Source: the human T2T-CHM13v2.0 reference genome, Homo sapiens
Reading direction: 5' to 3' (one strand)
Assembly (NCBI RefSeq): GCF_009914755.1
Contig: NC_060926.1
Length of the DNA: 64,000 nucleotides
In this document: positions 1 to 14,021 of the stretch, in pieces
Numbering within the stretch: position 1 is the first letter of the stretch
Layout: each line of letters starts with the position of its first letter
Translations under genes and position numbers: made by a program
Notes under the pieces: model-generated
Seen by the model: only the letters and a program-made list of their open reading frames with translations
What the model was told of the DNA's origin: nothing
The model's database searches: none

Positions 1-39
1 TTCACCATCTTATTAGATTTCTATGCCTTCAATCATACA

Positions 40-144
40 TTTTTAAGAGACTTTTTTAAGGGCAGTTTTCAGATTCTAGAAACATTGAGGGGAATGTGCT
101 GAGAGTTCGCATACGCTACCTCCCCACCTCCACATACACACAGG

Positions 145-175
<31 letters not shown>

Positions 176-475
176 TAGTTTCCCATATTATTAACTTCTT
201 GCATTGGTGTGGTAAGTTCATTAAAATTGATGAATCAATATTAATACATTATTCTTAACTAAAATTTATAGTTTATATTAGGGTTTGCTTTTTGCATTCT
301 GCATTCTATGATTTTAAGAAATGTAAAATGACATGTATCCATCATTATAGTATCATACAGAAGTTTCATTGCCTAGAATTCCCTATGCTCTACCTATTCA
401 TCCTTTTCCCTGAATCATCTCAAAATCATGATCTTTTTACTGTCTCTATAGTTCTGCCTTTTCCAAGATGTCTCA
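40..475 (-). mobile_element. Old L1 3' end (L1MC/L1MD-like), with internal (CA)n
   Basis: gcagttttcagattctagaaacattgag...gatgaatcaatattaatacattatt...aatgacatgtatccatcattatagtatcatacag resembles the antisense L1MC-type 3' UTR. Confidence 0.75.
146..169. repeat. (CA)n microsatellite
   Basis: About 12 CA units read directly. Confidence 0.95.
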
Positions 476-479
476 GTAG

Positions 480-1005
480 TCTAAAGAGCACTGGAGTTGG
501 GTACTAATCTTCTCCCATGCTGGTTAGGCTCTGGTAAAACCCAACGTACTGAACACTTTGGCCCAGTTGTTTTCCTTAAGGGCAGACTTTTATTAAGGAG
601 AACAGAATACTCTGGCATATTTCAGAATGGTTACTTTTCCTGCCCTCCTGCCAGAAGCACAAGGGAGTTTTTCATTGATTTCACCCTGAGAACCTGGAGG
701 AGCTCCTGAATGTAAAACTTTGTATTTTATTCCCAAGTTATCCATGTTGAGCTTGCAGCAATTCGTCAATTACTGTATATTTAATATGTTTCCTCTGGTA
801 CTGGCCCCAGCAGCAGGCTTTTACTTTTGGGCTTCTGGTCTGGTGGCTATGATTCTTTGTATATTCCTGCCCCTCCAGTTTTGGGGCAGCAGTTTGCCCT
901 ATGACGTAAATGCTCTGATAGATTTAAGAAGTGTTGTTTAGCTCTTCTAAATTTTCAGTTTGTTTAGCTTTTTATCTAGCTCCTTACATGCCAGACCAGA
1001 AAGAG
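480..1005 (-). mobile_element. Old L1 5' UTR fragment (L1MC/L1MD-type 5' end)
   Basis: ggttaggctctggtaaaacc...gggcagcagtttgccctatgac...agctccttacatgccagaccagaaa resembles antisense L1M 5' termini. Confidence 0.55.
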
Positions 1006-2639
1006 AAGGTCAACAGAATAATCCATACAACTTAAAAAAAAAAAACATACTTTTTGCCAATTTGTTTTATCTGAATTGGATTGTTGCCTTAAATTATATA
1101 CTATTACGTGAAGCAGAAGTCTTCTTTATTATCTATGTTAACCTTCATATCAGCTCTATGAATAATTGATTGATCATTATTCCTTGGATATTTCTGTTAA
1201 TACCATGTTTCTTTGCTTGCCTATATTTCCCCCTTAGTAGCTGAAATGCCTCTCAACTATTGAACCTAAACTTTAAATAACTTTAGTCTTTCTAAATTCT
1301 ACTCATCCTTTATAATCTAATTGAAATGGCTCTTCTTCCATTAAATATCAAAAGCATTACCTGCCTTCTTAAATACTCTCAGCACTCTATTTGCACTCTT
1401 CGTCACTTTCTTTTGTGCATTACTTATTTATGTGCAGATAGGTCACTATATAGTTATAAAAGCACATCTTCCCAAAGATTAATTTTTTATTTACCTCAAG
1501 AATCAAATTTAGTGCCACATAACTAATAAAATATGCTTAGTCAGGTTTAACACTATATCTCATATGTTAAAAGAATGAAATTTAACAAAGCCTAGAACCA
1601 ATTCCTGTGCTAAGTGACTGAATCAAGATTGAATAATCCCAACTCAGAGACTGCTTCCCATATCTTTTCTGTAAAATCATCTTCTCCTGTGATCTTAAAT
1701 CCCCATTCTATGTTGGCTATCATAAACATGATCACGAACTAAATTGTATTTAATGTCTAGTAACTTAATATCTTTTTCTTGTCCTAAGACTTTTTTTCCC
1801 AGAATTAGCAATGTCAGCAGGGTAGGAAGCAGGAAAGAAGAGATGAGGTTAATAATTAGTTGGGCCCCTTCATAAAGAGCAGTGGACATTCATAGGTTCT
1901 ATGAGAAAAAAATGCTCTATGACAATTAAACTGGGAAATGCTAGATCAAGCAAAAATAAATGCTTATTTTTAAATTTACATTGAAAACTTCCAAGATGAA
2001 GCTATAGTTGGTTTATAGTTGGTTTCTTTGTGTAGAAAATCCATTTCTAAGAGATAACTCAAGGGACTAGTGTGCCCAACCTATTTTGTGAAAAGCTTAC
2101 CTAGATATTAAACTTTATCCTGAACTTTAGAAACTGTCTACCTTCAAATTAGGATAAATGTAGGTAAGATGGCAAAAGTAAAAAATCATTTTTTCTATTT
2201 TAAAGGAAAGCTAAGCTTTTCCACAATAAAAGGGAAAATTGAGTTGAGATGTAATAATGTGAATTTTTTTCTCAAAATAGAAACATCTATTAGAATTTGC
2301 ATTAGTCATACCTTTGCTATATCTACTTTTGGTTTTCACACCTTAAAAAAAGATTAAGAGAAATAAGACAGGGTCAAGAAAAGTCATAAAAGTAATTAAA
2401 GAGTTGTAAATCAAAAACTTTGTGAAAAAGTTAAGGGTACTATGACATTTAATGTAAATAAATTTAATTCTACAAATACATATCAAGTGTGACTCTCCAC
2501 TCTTCATGGTTATGTAAGAGAGAATATACAGAATAAGTTATGCACAGCATAAGCAGCTTTAGCATTTAAAAAAGATGAATTTCTGCAGATCAATTATTTG
2601 CCATATCTTCCTATTGGAATACTGCTTTGCTGGTAGGTA

Positions 2640-2895
2640 GTATAGTGTGAGTAGTTAAGAGTACAAAGATTGGCCTTAGATAGATCCAGTTTATGTCCCA
2701 ACTTCCATATATACTTGTTATAAGAATTTAGATGAAATGTTATTTTTTTCTGTGTGCTTTCATTTTCCCCATAAAGGGGAGGATATAATGAATGGCACCT
2801 AACTTAGTAGATTAAATGAAAATATACCTGATATATGTATATATACAGTCCTTGCCTGTTGGCTATTGGATACTGAATACTTAATCAGTTATAAT
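2640..2895 (+). mobile_element. MIR SINE (diverged)
   Basis: gtagttaagagtacaaa...ctgtgtgctttcattttccccataaaggggg...gattaaatgaaaatatac MIR core and 3' pattern. Confidence 0.65.
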
Positions 2896-3048
2896 TTTTT
2901 CTATAATAAATTAGTTTATAATCATATCATATAAAATCGCACATTATGTAGGTCTGTAGAGTAATTGTTCTTCCTCTAGAAACTAAAGTGGAGGCAGTTA
3001 CTGTGAGCTAAGAGAAATGCCTATTATTGGAAGAAACTAATAAATTCA

Positions 3049-3325
3049 TGATAATAATGGCCAATAAGTATTGAGCGTTTACTATGTGACGGCTTGCATT
3101 ATGCCACCTCAAATATATTAACTCATTTAATTTTCAGAAAAACTTTATGATGTTCTTATTTCTATTAAGCACATCATATGAATTTCTAAAAATTCACATT
3201 ATTACATCTCAACTCAATTTATATGCCTAATTTATAGGTGACAAAGAAAGAGATGTTAGTAGCTTGTACAATGTCACATAATAAGAGTAGAACTAGAATT
3301 CGAACCCAGGGGTCTTGATCCATTA
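3049..3325 (-). mobile_element. MIR SINE
   Basis: ataataatggccaataagtattgagcgtttactatgtg...tgtcacata...agaactagaattcgaacccagg. Confidence 0.75.
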
Positions 3326-3679
3326 ATCTGATGTCAAGGATGGCAAGGCAAATGCATTTAGAATTTTTTTTTTCCATACTGGTATAGACAGATCTCCATC
3401 TAATGTGCTTTAAGCATGTTCATTGATATATTAAATTGTATACATATTAGTGAGAGGGAGCATACTGACAGCTGAGAAGTCTTTTAAATTTTAGGATATC
3501 AACATAAGTAGCATTCGTAATATACAGCTTAAACACACATGCAAACACACAATATATTCTCAGCCTATTGACAATAAAACAAAATTGTCATTTCCACAGC
3601 AACTGTGGATTTGGTCTTGACCAGTTTGTTTTGGAGCTTTTGTGTCTTAATGATGCTAGTATTTTTAATGTATTGTAAG

Positions 3680-3952
3680 TGAATGATTTAATCTTTTTCT
3701 TCTTTTAGTTGCTTTTCTTAGCATAATTAAGATCTACACATTGCTTAATTTTTGTATCTGAGATTTTATGCATTTTGACATTAGTTGAGAAATTTAATGA
3801 TGACAGGCAAAAGGAGAATATTTGCTTAAAGAAAGAATGTATAGACAATTGTTAGCTATTAATGACCCTAAACGCATTATTCTTAAAAGTTTTAAGTGTT
3901 TGAAAAGATGCTGGTTATCCATGCCTGTTTTTTATTTAATTATTTTGCATTA
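3680..3952. repeat. Copy 1 of a ~270-bp local direct duplication
   Basis: Aligns with 4714-4915 plus 5220-5289, e.g. gagaaatttaatgatgaca, aagaatgtatagacaattgttagctattaa, ctggttatccatgcctgtttttt. Confidence 0.92.
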
Positions 3953-4713
3953 TTTAGCATTATTTAGCAATTCAGAATGCAAAAATTGAAAGGAAAAAAG
4001 CTATGAATGGAGAAAAGATTCTCAGACAACAGTCCACATACCCTGTTTGATAATTTAGATACAGTTAAATAATTGATAAAATAACAAACAACTAGTACAA
4101 TTTAAAAAACACTGATTTTTAAAATTAATTATGATGTAAATAGAATGCACCCCAAATATTAAAAATTATAAAGTAGCTTAAACATATATGAAAAAAGAGG
4201 CCAGGTAAGTATTTCAATCCTATATGCATACATAAGTATTCTCACCCATCTATGTCAGTTCCAAAGACATGTGACAAACAGAATAACATACCACAGTGAC
4301 ACAAGTTCATACCTCACGTGATGCACAGCTACAGTTTCTCTGCTGGACTGCATTACTTGGACCTGAATGATAAACAGAGAAAAATGATATAGAGGATATG
4401 CAGCAGTCAAGGCTAGAAACTTTTCTTAGCTCTGTAGGTATCAACCTTTGCCTAGTTGCTACAGAAGCCATTTTAGGCAAATAAGGTCTAATTAGATTGT
4501 GAATTCTTATTAATTAGCTTCATAATTCTTATGAAGGGAAATGAAAATATGCTAATCTCTGTTTACCTGTGTTTATATGCTTTTTGCTCTTTCAGCATTT
4601 GAGCTGTCAATTTACACTTAAAAATTAGGTTGCAATAAATATAAAGATCATACTCATTTGGTTTCTTTTGCCTTCCTATAAATGGTAGGTGATTTAAGTT
4701 ATCAGATTCTAAA

Positions 4714-5289
<576 letters not shown>

Positions 5290-5559
5290 ACAGCAATGTC
5301 TTTTTCCCAAAATATCAATTGGATATTAAATTATTGGTGATTTACATTTACTCTCATTGAGACAACATAATTTGACATGAAAAAATTGTGATATGATATT
5401 AGAAGTTATAATAAAATATGTTTAACGCAAATGAAAACAATAGTATTTAGCCTACAATGAACAAAAATTCAGTTGTACCTATTAACCAGTCAGCAAGGAT
5501 TCACTGAGGTTTTACTTAGTATGTATATTCACTACTATCCCAAGTAAAAGTAAAGGTGA

Positions 5560-6500
5560 CCAATAATTTCAGAGAGTGTGCTGTGTATCTGTCATTATGC
5601 TAAGCACTGTGAATACCCATCACATTTATTTTTCTGAAAGTTCAAGTAAGTTTGGTATTATAGTGAAACTGCCAGTGCGAAATTAACGGAGACAGTGAAA
5701 GAGATCGAACCCAATCAACTCCATCTTGCTTCTAACCTCCAAGTTGTCCTTGTTCATTTCGGGGTGTACGCTGAACTAACTTTGCAAGGAACTTAGTTTA
5801 TAGTTTGTAGTTTAAAACAAAGACGGTAACAGCCCTTTCCCAAAACAAACCCCCTTCTTGCCTGGGACAAGGCTGCCTTTGTAGGACTAACAAATTAGCC
5901 ACAAGATTAGAAATTATGGTTTAGTAGTCATGCAGCTGGAGGCTACAAGATTCTGACACCCCCTAAACTGCTCCTAAGATCAGTGCTTGAGATACTTTGC
6001 AGACCCTGCAAAGGATGGATAAGTTGGCACCACCCAGATCTATAAATGGGCTCATCTGATCTTGTGACCGCCAACCCAAGAACTGACACAGCACAAGAAG
6101 ACAACTTCAGCTTCCTATGATTTCATCTTCAACCCAACCTCTTAGCACTCTCGACTCGCTGGACTTCCCCCACCCACCAAATTATCCTTAAAAATTCTGA
6201 TTCTTGAATGCCTAGGGAGACTGATTTGACTAACAATAAAACTCCCGTCTCCTGCACAGCTGACTATGCATGAATTACTCTTTCTCTGTCTCATCACCTG
6301 TCTTGATAAATTGGCTTCCTCTAGACAGTGGGTAAGGTGAACCCATTGGACGGTTACAATATCCACTTTACACAGAACATAAGTGAGGTGCTATAACTGT
6401 AAGTTACTTGCCCAAGTCATAAAGCTAAGAAATTGAGTGGCCAGGATTTGACTCTAGTACTATATAGCTCTAAAGTTTATACTCTTTTTAACCATACCAT
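5560..6500 (-). mobile_element. MIR split by LTR8 (5560-5663 and 6359-6500)
   Basis: tatgctaagcactgtgaat...ggtattatag | atccactttacacag...gttacttgcccaagtcataaagctaag...ggccaggatttgactc. Confidence 0.7.
5664..6358 (+). mobile_element. Solo LTR8/LTR8A (ERV1)
   Basis: TG...CA ends; gacagtgaaagagatc...ctccatcttgcttctaacctccaag...ggtgaacccattggacggttaca; AATAAA near 6235; TSD atag/atat. Confidence 0.88.
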
Positions 6501-6610
6501 GTTTTCTGCCTTCTGTTTGGTGGTGAGAAAACTAAAATAAGGGAAATATACTTTTTTTACCCACACCATGTTCTCTGCCTTCAGACTGGTGGTGAGAAAA
6601 CAAAAATAAC
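6480..6610. repeat. ~70-bp tandem duplication (2 diverged copies)
   Basis: accatgttttctgccttctgtttggtggtgagaaaactaaaataa vs accatgttctctgccttcagactggtggtgagaaaacaaaaataa. Confidence 0.85.
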
Positions 6611-6632
6611 TGAACGAAACAGAGAAAGCAGG

Positions 6633-7042
6633 TGTTAAGTTAAGTTTAGCCTAAAGCTGGCTCTATACATATATTAAGTTTGGCTTAAAGGTTTCTATGT
6701 ACATAATGAACTGTAACCTAACTGGATGCATAAACAGACTGTAACTTACCCCTATACTAATCACTAAGTTTTGGCCAAAGGCTGCCCATTATTGAAGCAA
6801 TGTTCAAATAAGGCAAACGTCGAACTGTAACCAATCCAGCTGTTTTTGTATCTGTGTTCTGTTTTCTTAAATTACTTTCCGTTTTCTGCCTATAAATTTT
6901 TTCTCACCATGTGGCAGTGCTGGAGTCTTTCTGACGTTATTCTGGTTTGCTGAGGGGCATGGGGGAGGGATTCCCAGTTTAAGACTTGTTTGCTCAATTA
7001 AACTCTGTTAATTTAATTCATCTAAAGTTTTTTCTTTTAACA
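6633..7042 (+). mobile_element. Solo MER57 (A/B-type) LTR (ERV1)
   Basis: tgttaagttaagtttagcctaaagctg...gttcaaataaggcaaac...tgctcaattaaactctgtt...cttttaaca; perfect TSD CAGG. Confidence 0.9.
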
Positions 7043-7301
7043 CAGGTATCAGCAAGAGCCAGGAAATTTGGAAAAGGATAGCTAAATTACTGTGGGAAAG
7101 AGAAAGATGAGAGATCTATTTCTATAATAAGTAGCACATTGTGTATTCAGGCTAAAAATACCTGTAAAGTCCAATGATTGGGGATGTAAGAGTGGAATAA
7201 TGTTGCATATTATAGAATTGGTCATTCACAATCACTGAATTATGTTTGATAGATTTCAGTAAAATTTTGCTGACCTACAATAGTTAAAGGTAGGGGATTA
7301 T

Positions 7302-7596
<295 letters not shown>

Positions 7597-7609
7597 GTTG
7601 GGGGATTAC

Positions 7610-8331
7610 TGAGAGGTGAAGCCAGCTGGGCTTCTGGGTCCAGTGGGGACTTGGAGAACTTTTGTGTCTAGCTAAAGGATTGTAAATGCACCAGTCAGTG
7701 CTCTGTGTCTAGCTAAAGGGTTGTAAACACACCAATCAGCACACTCTGTAAAATCACACCAATCAGCACTCTGTGTCTAGCTAAAGGATTGTAAACGCAC
7801 CAATCAGCACTCTGTAAAATGGACCAATCAGCACTCTGTAAAATGGACCAATCAGCAGGATGTGGGTGTGCCCAAATAAGGGAATAAAAGCTGGCCACCC
7901 AAGCCAGCAGTGGCAACCCGGGTCCCCTTCCATGCTGTGGAAGCTTTGTTCTTTTGCTCTTCAGAATAAATCTTGCTGCTTTTCACTCTTTGGGTCCACA
8001 CTACCTTTATGAGCTTACTGTGAGGGTCTGTGGCTTCATTCCTGAAGTCAGTGAGACTATGAACCCACTGGGAAGAACAAACAACTTCAGACGTGCCACC
8101 TTTAAGAGCTGTAACACCCACTGCAAAGGTCTGTGGCTTCACTACTCCAGAAGTGAGTGAGACCACAAACCCACAGGAGGGAAGAAACTCTGGGCACATC
8201 TGAACATCTGAAGGAACAAACTCCAGACACACCATTTTTAAGAGCTGTAACACTCACCACGAGGGTCTGTGGCTTCACTCTTGAAGCCAGCGAGACCAAG
8301 AACCTACCAGAAGGAATAAATTCCGGACACA
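7610..8331 (+). mobile_element. Solo LTR12 (ERV9 family, short LTR12/LTR12F-like)
   Basis: tgagaggtgaagccagctgg...repeated gtgtctagctaaagg and ccaatcagcac...ttccggacaca; perfect TSD TTAC. Confidence 0.93.
7660..7895 (+). promoter_or_regulatory. LTR12 U3 CCAAT (NF-Y) array and TATA-like box
   Basis: Five intact CCAATCAGC motifs at about 7730-7856, then ggaataaaagct at about 7881; known ERV9 promoter layout, activity not shown. Confidence 0.6.
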
Positions 8332-10334
8332 TTACTACTTATTTTTCTTGCCTTCTACTTCACTAACAGGTAGGAAAATGAAAAATGAAAAAAAGCAAGT
8401 GTCAGAATGAACCCTGCCACATACACACATATACAGGCATTGGCAAGTAAGCACATAGAAATTTATTCATAAAACTTGTCCTCTCAACTCAGCTTGCTCT
8501 GCTTTTTCAAGCATTCGACTCACAAATTGCATGAAAACTTCACTCAAGGTAACCAATCTTCTCTTCTACTTTTGGTTAAAATATACTTCTACAAGTGGCT
8601 TTACTTGGGATTTAGTCATATTCCAAGTGTAAAATTCCCAGTGGAAAATAATGTTCTGGCATTTATTATGCTAAACAGCATATTTACTAGGATTGCACTG
8701 AGTGAGAAAGAACTTGGTTGCTTTTTCAAATGGTGACTACATACCCCTAGGATGGTGGTAATGGTGGGGGTGTGTGTGTTTATGTGCATTTCAATCAATG
8801 CTTCAATTGAAGAGTTTTAAGGAAAATTACAGAAAAATATGACAATTACTCACATAAGGCTTCATGGTGCTCTTGAAGCCATGACCTGGAATTCTGAAAA
8901 TAGCTTACCACGGTAAGAAAGGAGGAGATTCTATGAGAGAACTGGCACGCTTGGAGATCTGTAGGTAGGAGCAAGCTTTGTGTTTTTATTAGGTAGTGAC
9001 CAACCCCACTAGAAAAAAATATAATGAATTTTATAATCCCCAGGCTTGCTCTCCAACTTTGGTTCATGTGCCAAAGTTGATCATAGAAGCACATCTTTGA
9101 AGGATAGTGGCGGTGCAAGATCAGGTCACATAGCAATTAAGACCCTTTTAAGGAGCGGAGAGGAGAGGGAGACAATCTCTAGAGGATTCCCACATTTTCA
9201 AGTAAATTTCCCCCAGTGAAAGTTTTAGCAAATGAATGAATTGCCTAAGGAGTCTGTTTTGGAACTGCAGGACTGAGGCTGTTTAGCTTTGGGTTTCTAG
9301 GTGTCACGAAGTATGATCATGTTGCCTCTCAACTAAGATTCCTCTCAGCCTTTGCGATTCTAAAACTGAGGAAGACTTTGAAAAAACACTTTGTAAAAAC
9401 ACTTTGTAATCTTTTTCAGTGATTTCTTAGTAATGCCTTTCTCAGGAGCTAGGCCCTAAGGCCACCTTCTAGAAGGTACCACTTTAAAACAAGTTTCCTT
9501 TGAAAATTCTCCCTCCTTAATAATCTTTTATTGTTCCTTTAAAAAGGGTTGATGTTGCAGGGCAAGTCCCAGAGAAACTAAGCTCTGTCTGCCTTTTCTT
9601 TTGGTGGTAGTTACTTCCAAGTGATTGGTGTTTTTTATTATTGTACTACAGGTGCAGCAGCTAGAATTATTTCAGTTATGGATTTTACAAAAGGAATAAT
9701 CCTTTTAGTAATTGCAAACATTTCTCTCCATTAAAAATGAAGTAAAATAAACGGTTTAAATAGACAAGAACATATATGACTTAAATTTTCAGGCCATGTT
9801 TAAAATATAAAATACACTAGCTAAAGGAAGCAAGTGTAAAAAGAAATAAAAAACAAAGACTACAATACACATTATTATCACCTTAAATTTTTATCAGTTT
9901 TTTTTTTTCTCTAAACATTGGCTTATTATAATTTTCTCACTCATGATATGCCTCTGGCTTCCTTTACAACTTCTGGTGAAGGGTGTCAACTTAAATTAAG
10001 CTGTAATACTATCCTTGTTAAATTCCTCATAAATATTGCTCTGCTTCTTATGCTGAAGCAGAAAATACTCTCAATAATATTTTATTATGAAATAAATTGT
10101 TCCTTCAATCATTTATTTCCAAAGATCAGTTTTAACTCTCTATTGATTTCTCCCAATTCGAAAGACTTTGAACTATCTTTGATAAGGGTGATGTATGATG
10201 TTAACTATTAAGAAGACAGGACTAATAAGTCACTGAGTAAAAGACAAAATACCTGCCAATTATTACTTATTAAATGACATCCACTAAACTAAAAATTACA
10301 TACCTAATGGCAGGTATCTTTATAATAACTGAAA

Positions 10335-11230
10335 TAAGTGTTATTTCCATTGCGTTGAGAATATGGAATCCCAGAAATGCTAACCAAATTCTACAACATC
10401 ACACAGCTGGTTAGTAGTGATACGGACAGGAGACAGGGTGGGAAACACCAGGTGGAAGAGGGCGGTTCCCGGGCAAAGGCCCCACCCTCAAGCCTGAAGA
10501 TCCGCAGCCCTAAGTGAGGGTAGGCATTCCTGTTTTTGCTCCCAGAAAGTTGCCTTTTGGCCCACGACACCACCTATCCTGTAACCATATAAACCCCAAA
10601 CCCCAGGCTCCAGAGGCAGACAAGCAGGCGAGGAGATGAGGAGACAAGCAGATGGACGGTGGAATGACACGGCAGAGAAAGAGAAAAGAGGAGGCGGAAG
10701 AGAAAGAGAGAAGAGGGGACACATCTGAATGCAGAGAGGAGTTCTCCTGGGGGCGGTTGGAGAGGGGTTCGGCAGCTGGACAACCAGGCTCCGGGGAAGA
10801 TCACCTTCCCACTCCATCCCTCGCTTCTGGCTCCCCATCTCGCTGAGAGCCACCTCCACCACTCAGTAAAACTCCTGCATTCATCCTTGGAATCCGTGTG
10901 TGATCCAAATTTTTCAGGAAACTGGACAAGAGCGTGGGATACAGAAAGCTGTCACACTGGCCCTCTGCCCTTGCAGAAAGGCAGAGGGTCCTTTGAGCTG
11001 ATTAACACTCAAGCCGTCCATGAACTGCAAGGCATAAAAGGGCACAAAACGTCCACGTGGGCTCCTTCACCTGTCTGTCTGCCTGCTTCCCCTCCCATAA
11101 GGGGTTTGAGCAACCGCGAGGACCTAACAGACGATCCACACCCGTGTCATACGTCCTGAGACGGGGATCAGGGAACTCTCTCGTTTCAGTAGCAGAACTG
11201 GAATTTGAACGCAAACATATCACATACCTT
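10335..11230 (-). mobile_element. MIR split by MER50 (10335-10417 and 11189-11230)
   Basis: catcacacagctggttagtag | cagaactggaatttgaacgc rebuilds the MIR core cacacagctagtaagtggcagagctgggatttgaaccc. Confidence 0.65.
10418..11188 (+). mobile_element. Solo MER50 LTR (ERV1)
   Basis: tgatacggacaggagacaggg...ggcaaaggccccaccctcaagcctg...atataaacccc...gggatcagggaactctctcgtttca; perfect TSD GTAG. Confidence 0.88.
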
Positions 11231-11284
11231 CTTTTTCTATATTTCACTAATTTCAAAATCTCCTTCAATTAAATGACCTGTTTT

Positions 11285-11800
11285 TGGAATTGAATACCCT
11301 ATTTTTAAGTTTTGTTTCCTCTTCCTTCTGCAGTGATTTGTATTAACTTTTTAGTAACGAAATAATGACTTTTACTCTTCTTCTTTCCACCAGGCATGTC
11401 CTTGCATTTCTAGCTTATCTAATTACGTTTGCCTAGAAGTTCCAGAAACTGAATCTTGCGACAGTTCAAGTGTCTGTACAATTCTTCCCCACCAGCTTAC
11501 TTCAGGGCTGTGGCTAGTTTATAAGCTGGTTGAGCACAAGATGGCACCAGCCCATTCACCCGATTGCAACAAGTCAAATAGACCTGCATTGCCTCAAGCA
11601 CCCCACATGCCCTCCATACCAAACTTCTCCTGCTTTAACCCTAGCTTTTTGCCTAATAATTTTGACGCAGTTTTGTTTAGGCAGGAGCCTGAATATCTTC
11701 CCCACTGCTAACTTTGGAAAATAAAATAATTTTCCTTCTACCACACCTTGTCCTTATTTGATTTTGAAAGCAGGAGTGGCTGACCCTGCATTTGGTTACA
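11285..11800 (+). mobile_element. Solo MER67-like LTR (ERV1)
   Basis: tggaattgaataccctattttt...gcttatctaattacgtttgcctagaagttccag...tttggttaca; TSD TTTT; related to the reverse complement of 27367-27891. Confidence 0.75.
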
Positions 11801-12056
11801 TTTTTCAGAGTCTGGAGACTCTTACTCATTCTACATAATCACGAATATTTTAGACAACATCCATATGTTAGATATCCTACTTTTGTTATTGAGAGTAAAA
11901 TATAATTTTTAAAAACATTTCAAGGAAAAAACAATACTTTTAGCCATAGCTGTCATTATCTCATTTTTCTTCTCGAAAACATTCAGGAGGTTCTGAGTAT
12001 TGCTCTGTTTCTTGAATTTCAAGGTCCCTTATAATCTGGACTTAGCTTACCTCTTA

Positions 12057-12752
<696 letters not shown>

Positions 12753-13419
12753 TAAACTGCTCTGCTGCTTTCACTTCATGGCATATAACATGAACTTATC
12801 TCTCTGCCCATTGAAGTTCTACTTATTTTTTAGATTAAGGTTAAGGTTATCTCTTATAAACCCTTCCCAAATCCCCTTCCCTCTACATTCCTTCCACCCT
12901 CATTGCATTCCTTTTATGTTCTACATGTTTTTCTTGACGTTAATATTGCTGATATTTTCAATTTGCTTAGTATTTTTTTGTACCTTATGCTAATTCTTTC
13001 TTCATAGTTCATTTTTTTAAAAGGTAAATCTCATTTGGTTATTTATAGGTTCTATTAATTTTCCCCCTTGGAGAAACTTCTAAAAATTTCCAGTCTTCTA
13101 TCCAGGCTGGTTGTTCATCAGGCCTACTGCACAGCTAACCTGGGAATGGTATTTTGCTCTCCTTTCCTTTTCCTATTTGAAAAAAAATGATATATTTCTT
13201 TTTCTTTTTGCTCATACCCTTCTTTTAGGGATCACATTATCTAGAAATTCCATGGGTTTAATATTGAACAGCAAAAGACATGATGATGACAATGAAATTC
13301 TTGCTTCTTGATTCATAGTGGCCCACTCTGGACTGGCTGTTCCATACCAGTTACCTCATCCCAGGATGGTGCAGTTACCATGCTGAGTAAAGCTCTGCCA
13401 AACTCCTGCAGGTTTCCTT

Positions 13420-14020
13420 GCATATCTCCTTGTTGAATCTTCTATTTTTCATATTCCTTATTCTTATTTTACTTGCATTTTGTAAAATTGAAGGCTAACC
13501 TCCAGTGGCTTCCTGACAAAAGGTTGACTTGGAATGGTCTTTTATGCGAGGACTTGCATGTTTCAAATGACTTTTCTCTGCCTTCACTTTTGATTAATAA
13601 CTTGAGCTGACATATAATCTGTTAAAAACAATTTTCCTTCAGAAATTTGAAGGCACTGTTTCATTGTTGAGAAGCTGGGAGCCATACTAAATTCTTATGA
13701 TTTGTTATGTTAATGTTTTGCTTTTTGCGGGGGGAGGGGTTGGCTTTTATTTTTGTCCTTTTGAAGAAATTCAGATATTTACTTTTTATTCCTCAGAGTA
13801 CTGAAATTTTACACTGATGTGCCTTGGTGTAGATCTAGCCATGATCTTGTGCACTTGTGGGCATTTTGAACCTAGAAATTTGTGTTCCGTTTAGGGAAAT
13901 CTTTATAAAACTTTTCATTGATTCTTCCATATGCTTTCCTATTCTCTCCTTCTAGAACTTTTTAAAATGCTGCACTTTCTGAATTTGTCCTCTAACTTTA
14001 TGTATGTTTTTTTCCTTGAT
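13420..14020 (-). mobile_element. Ancient L1/HAL1 ORF1-region remnant (continues near 15720-16100 and 24430-25200)
   Basis: ttttccttcagaaatttgaaggcactgtttcattg...gttgagaagct...ctgaaattttacactgatgtgccttggtgtagatct. Confidence 0.55.
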
Positions 14021-14021
14021 T

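Noticed and set aside
7660-7860. Regular short repeats as a new array
   Set aside because: These are the normal LTR12 U3 CCAAT repeats.
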